Source: Bacteroidales bacterium
GTDB lineage: Bacteria; Bacteroidota; Bacteroidia; Bacteroidales; UBA12077
Assembly: GCA_021740225.1 (NCBI GenBank)
Contig: JAIPAF010000003.1
Span: forward strand, 1 to 37,330
Direction: 5' to 3'
Length of the DNA: 37,330 nucleotides
Part shown: piece by piece, positions 37,161 to 37,330 of the stretch
Numbering within the stretch: the stretch's first letter is position 1
How the letters are laid out: every line of letters starts with the position of its first letter
Position numbers and translations under genes: made by a program
Notes under the pieces: model-generated
Seen by the model: the letters and a program-made list of their open reading frames with translations, nothing else
Databases searched by the model: none
What the model was told of the DNA's origin: nothing

Positions 37161-37330
37161 TGATCCGTTATTATACCATATGTAATAATCAGCAACCAAT
37201 TCTTTCCGGCCCACAGAAAACTTAAAAGATTTCCGGCCTTTCTCTTTTAAACGATATGCAATAATATTAATATTGCCCCAATAACATAAGAAACCGTTCT
37301 GGCAGTTTGGGTTTCTCCCTCTAAAGTGGA

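Noticed and set aside
1-37330. tRNA, rRNA, integrase or intact IS elements
   Set aside because: None recognised; the IVS-family gene here is not inside an rRNA gene

Overview
Bacteroidota-type chromosomal window, inferred from TAnnTTTG-type promoter boxes, mostly SD-less starts and Bacteroidales-like proteins. The left part (1-15 kb) is mainly housekeeping: a Kbl/BioF-family PLP enzyme, gltX, glnS, folB, an Mth938-like protein, an outer-membrane beta-barrel, rnr, an SDR epimerase, riboflavin synthase, a PhoR-like kinase and glycerate kinase. Accessory debris missed by the ORF track surrounds gltX: a doubly inactivated antitoxin/ParE module, a COG1373 AAA+ ATPase preceded by two perfect 22-bp direct repeats, and a GTAG-REP palindrome within a probable RAYT transposase remnant. 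The centre (15.3-31.3 kb) is one co-oriented hybrid export locus: ABC ATPase, ABC permease fused to a HEXXH-less M1-peptidase-like ectodomain, TolC, MFP, RND, an RND::ABC-ATPase fusion whose ATPase is split by a transmembrane insert, and a second ABC permease. A four-helix-bundle (IVS-type) gene interrupts this operon and is bracketed by mutually inverted 8-bp tandem arrays. The right end (minus strand) encodes a DUF5060/GH5-like hydrolase, a sialate O-acetylesterase, a PaaK-like adenylating enzyme and an outer-membrane barrel. All family calls come from motif recognition by eye; no searches were run.
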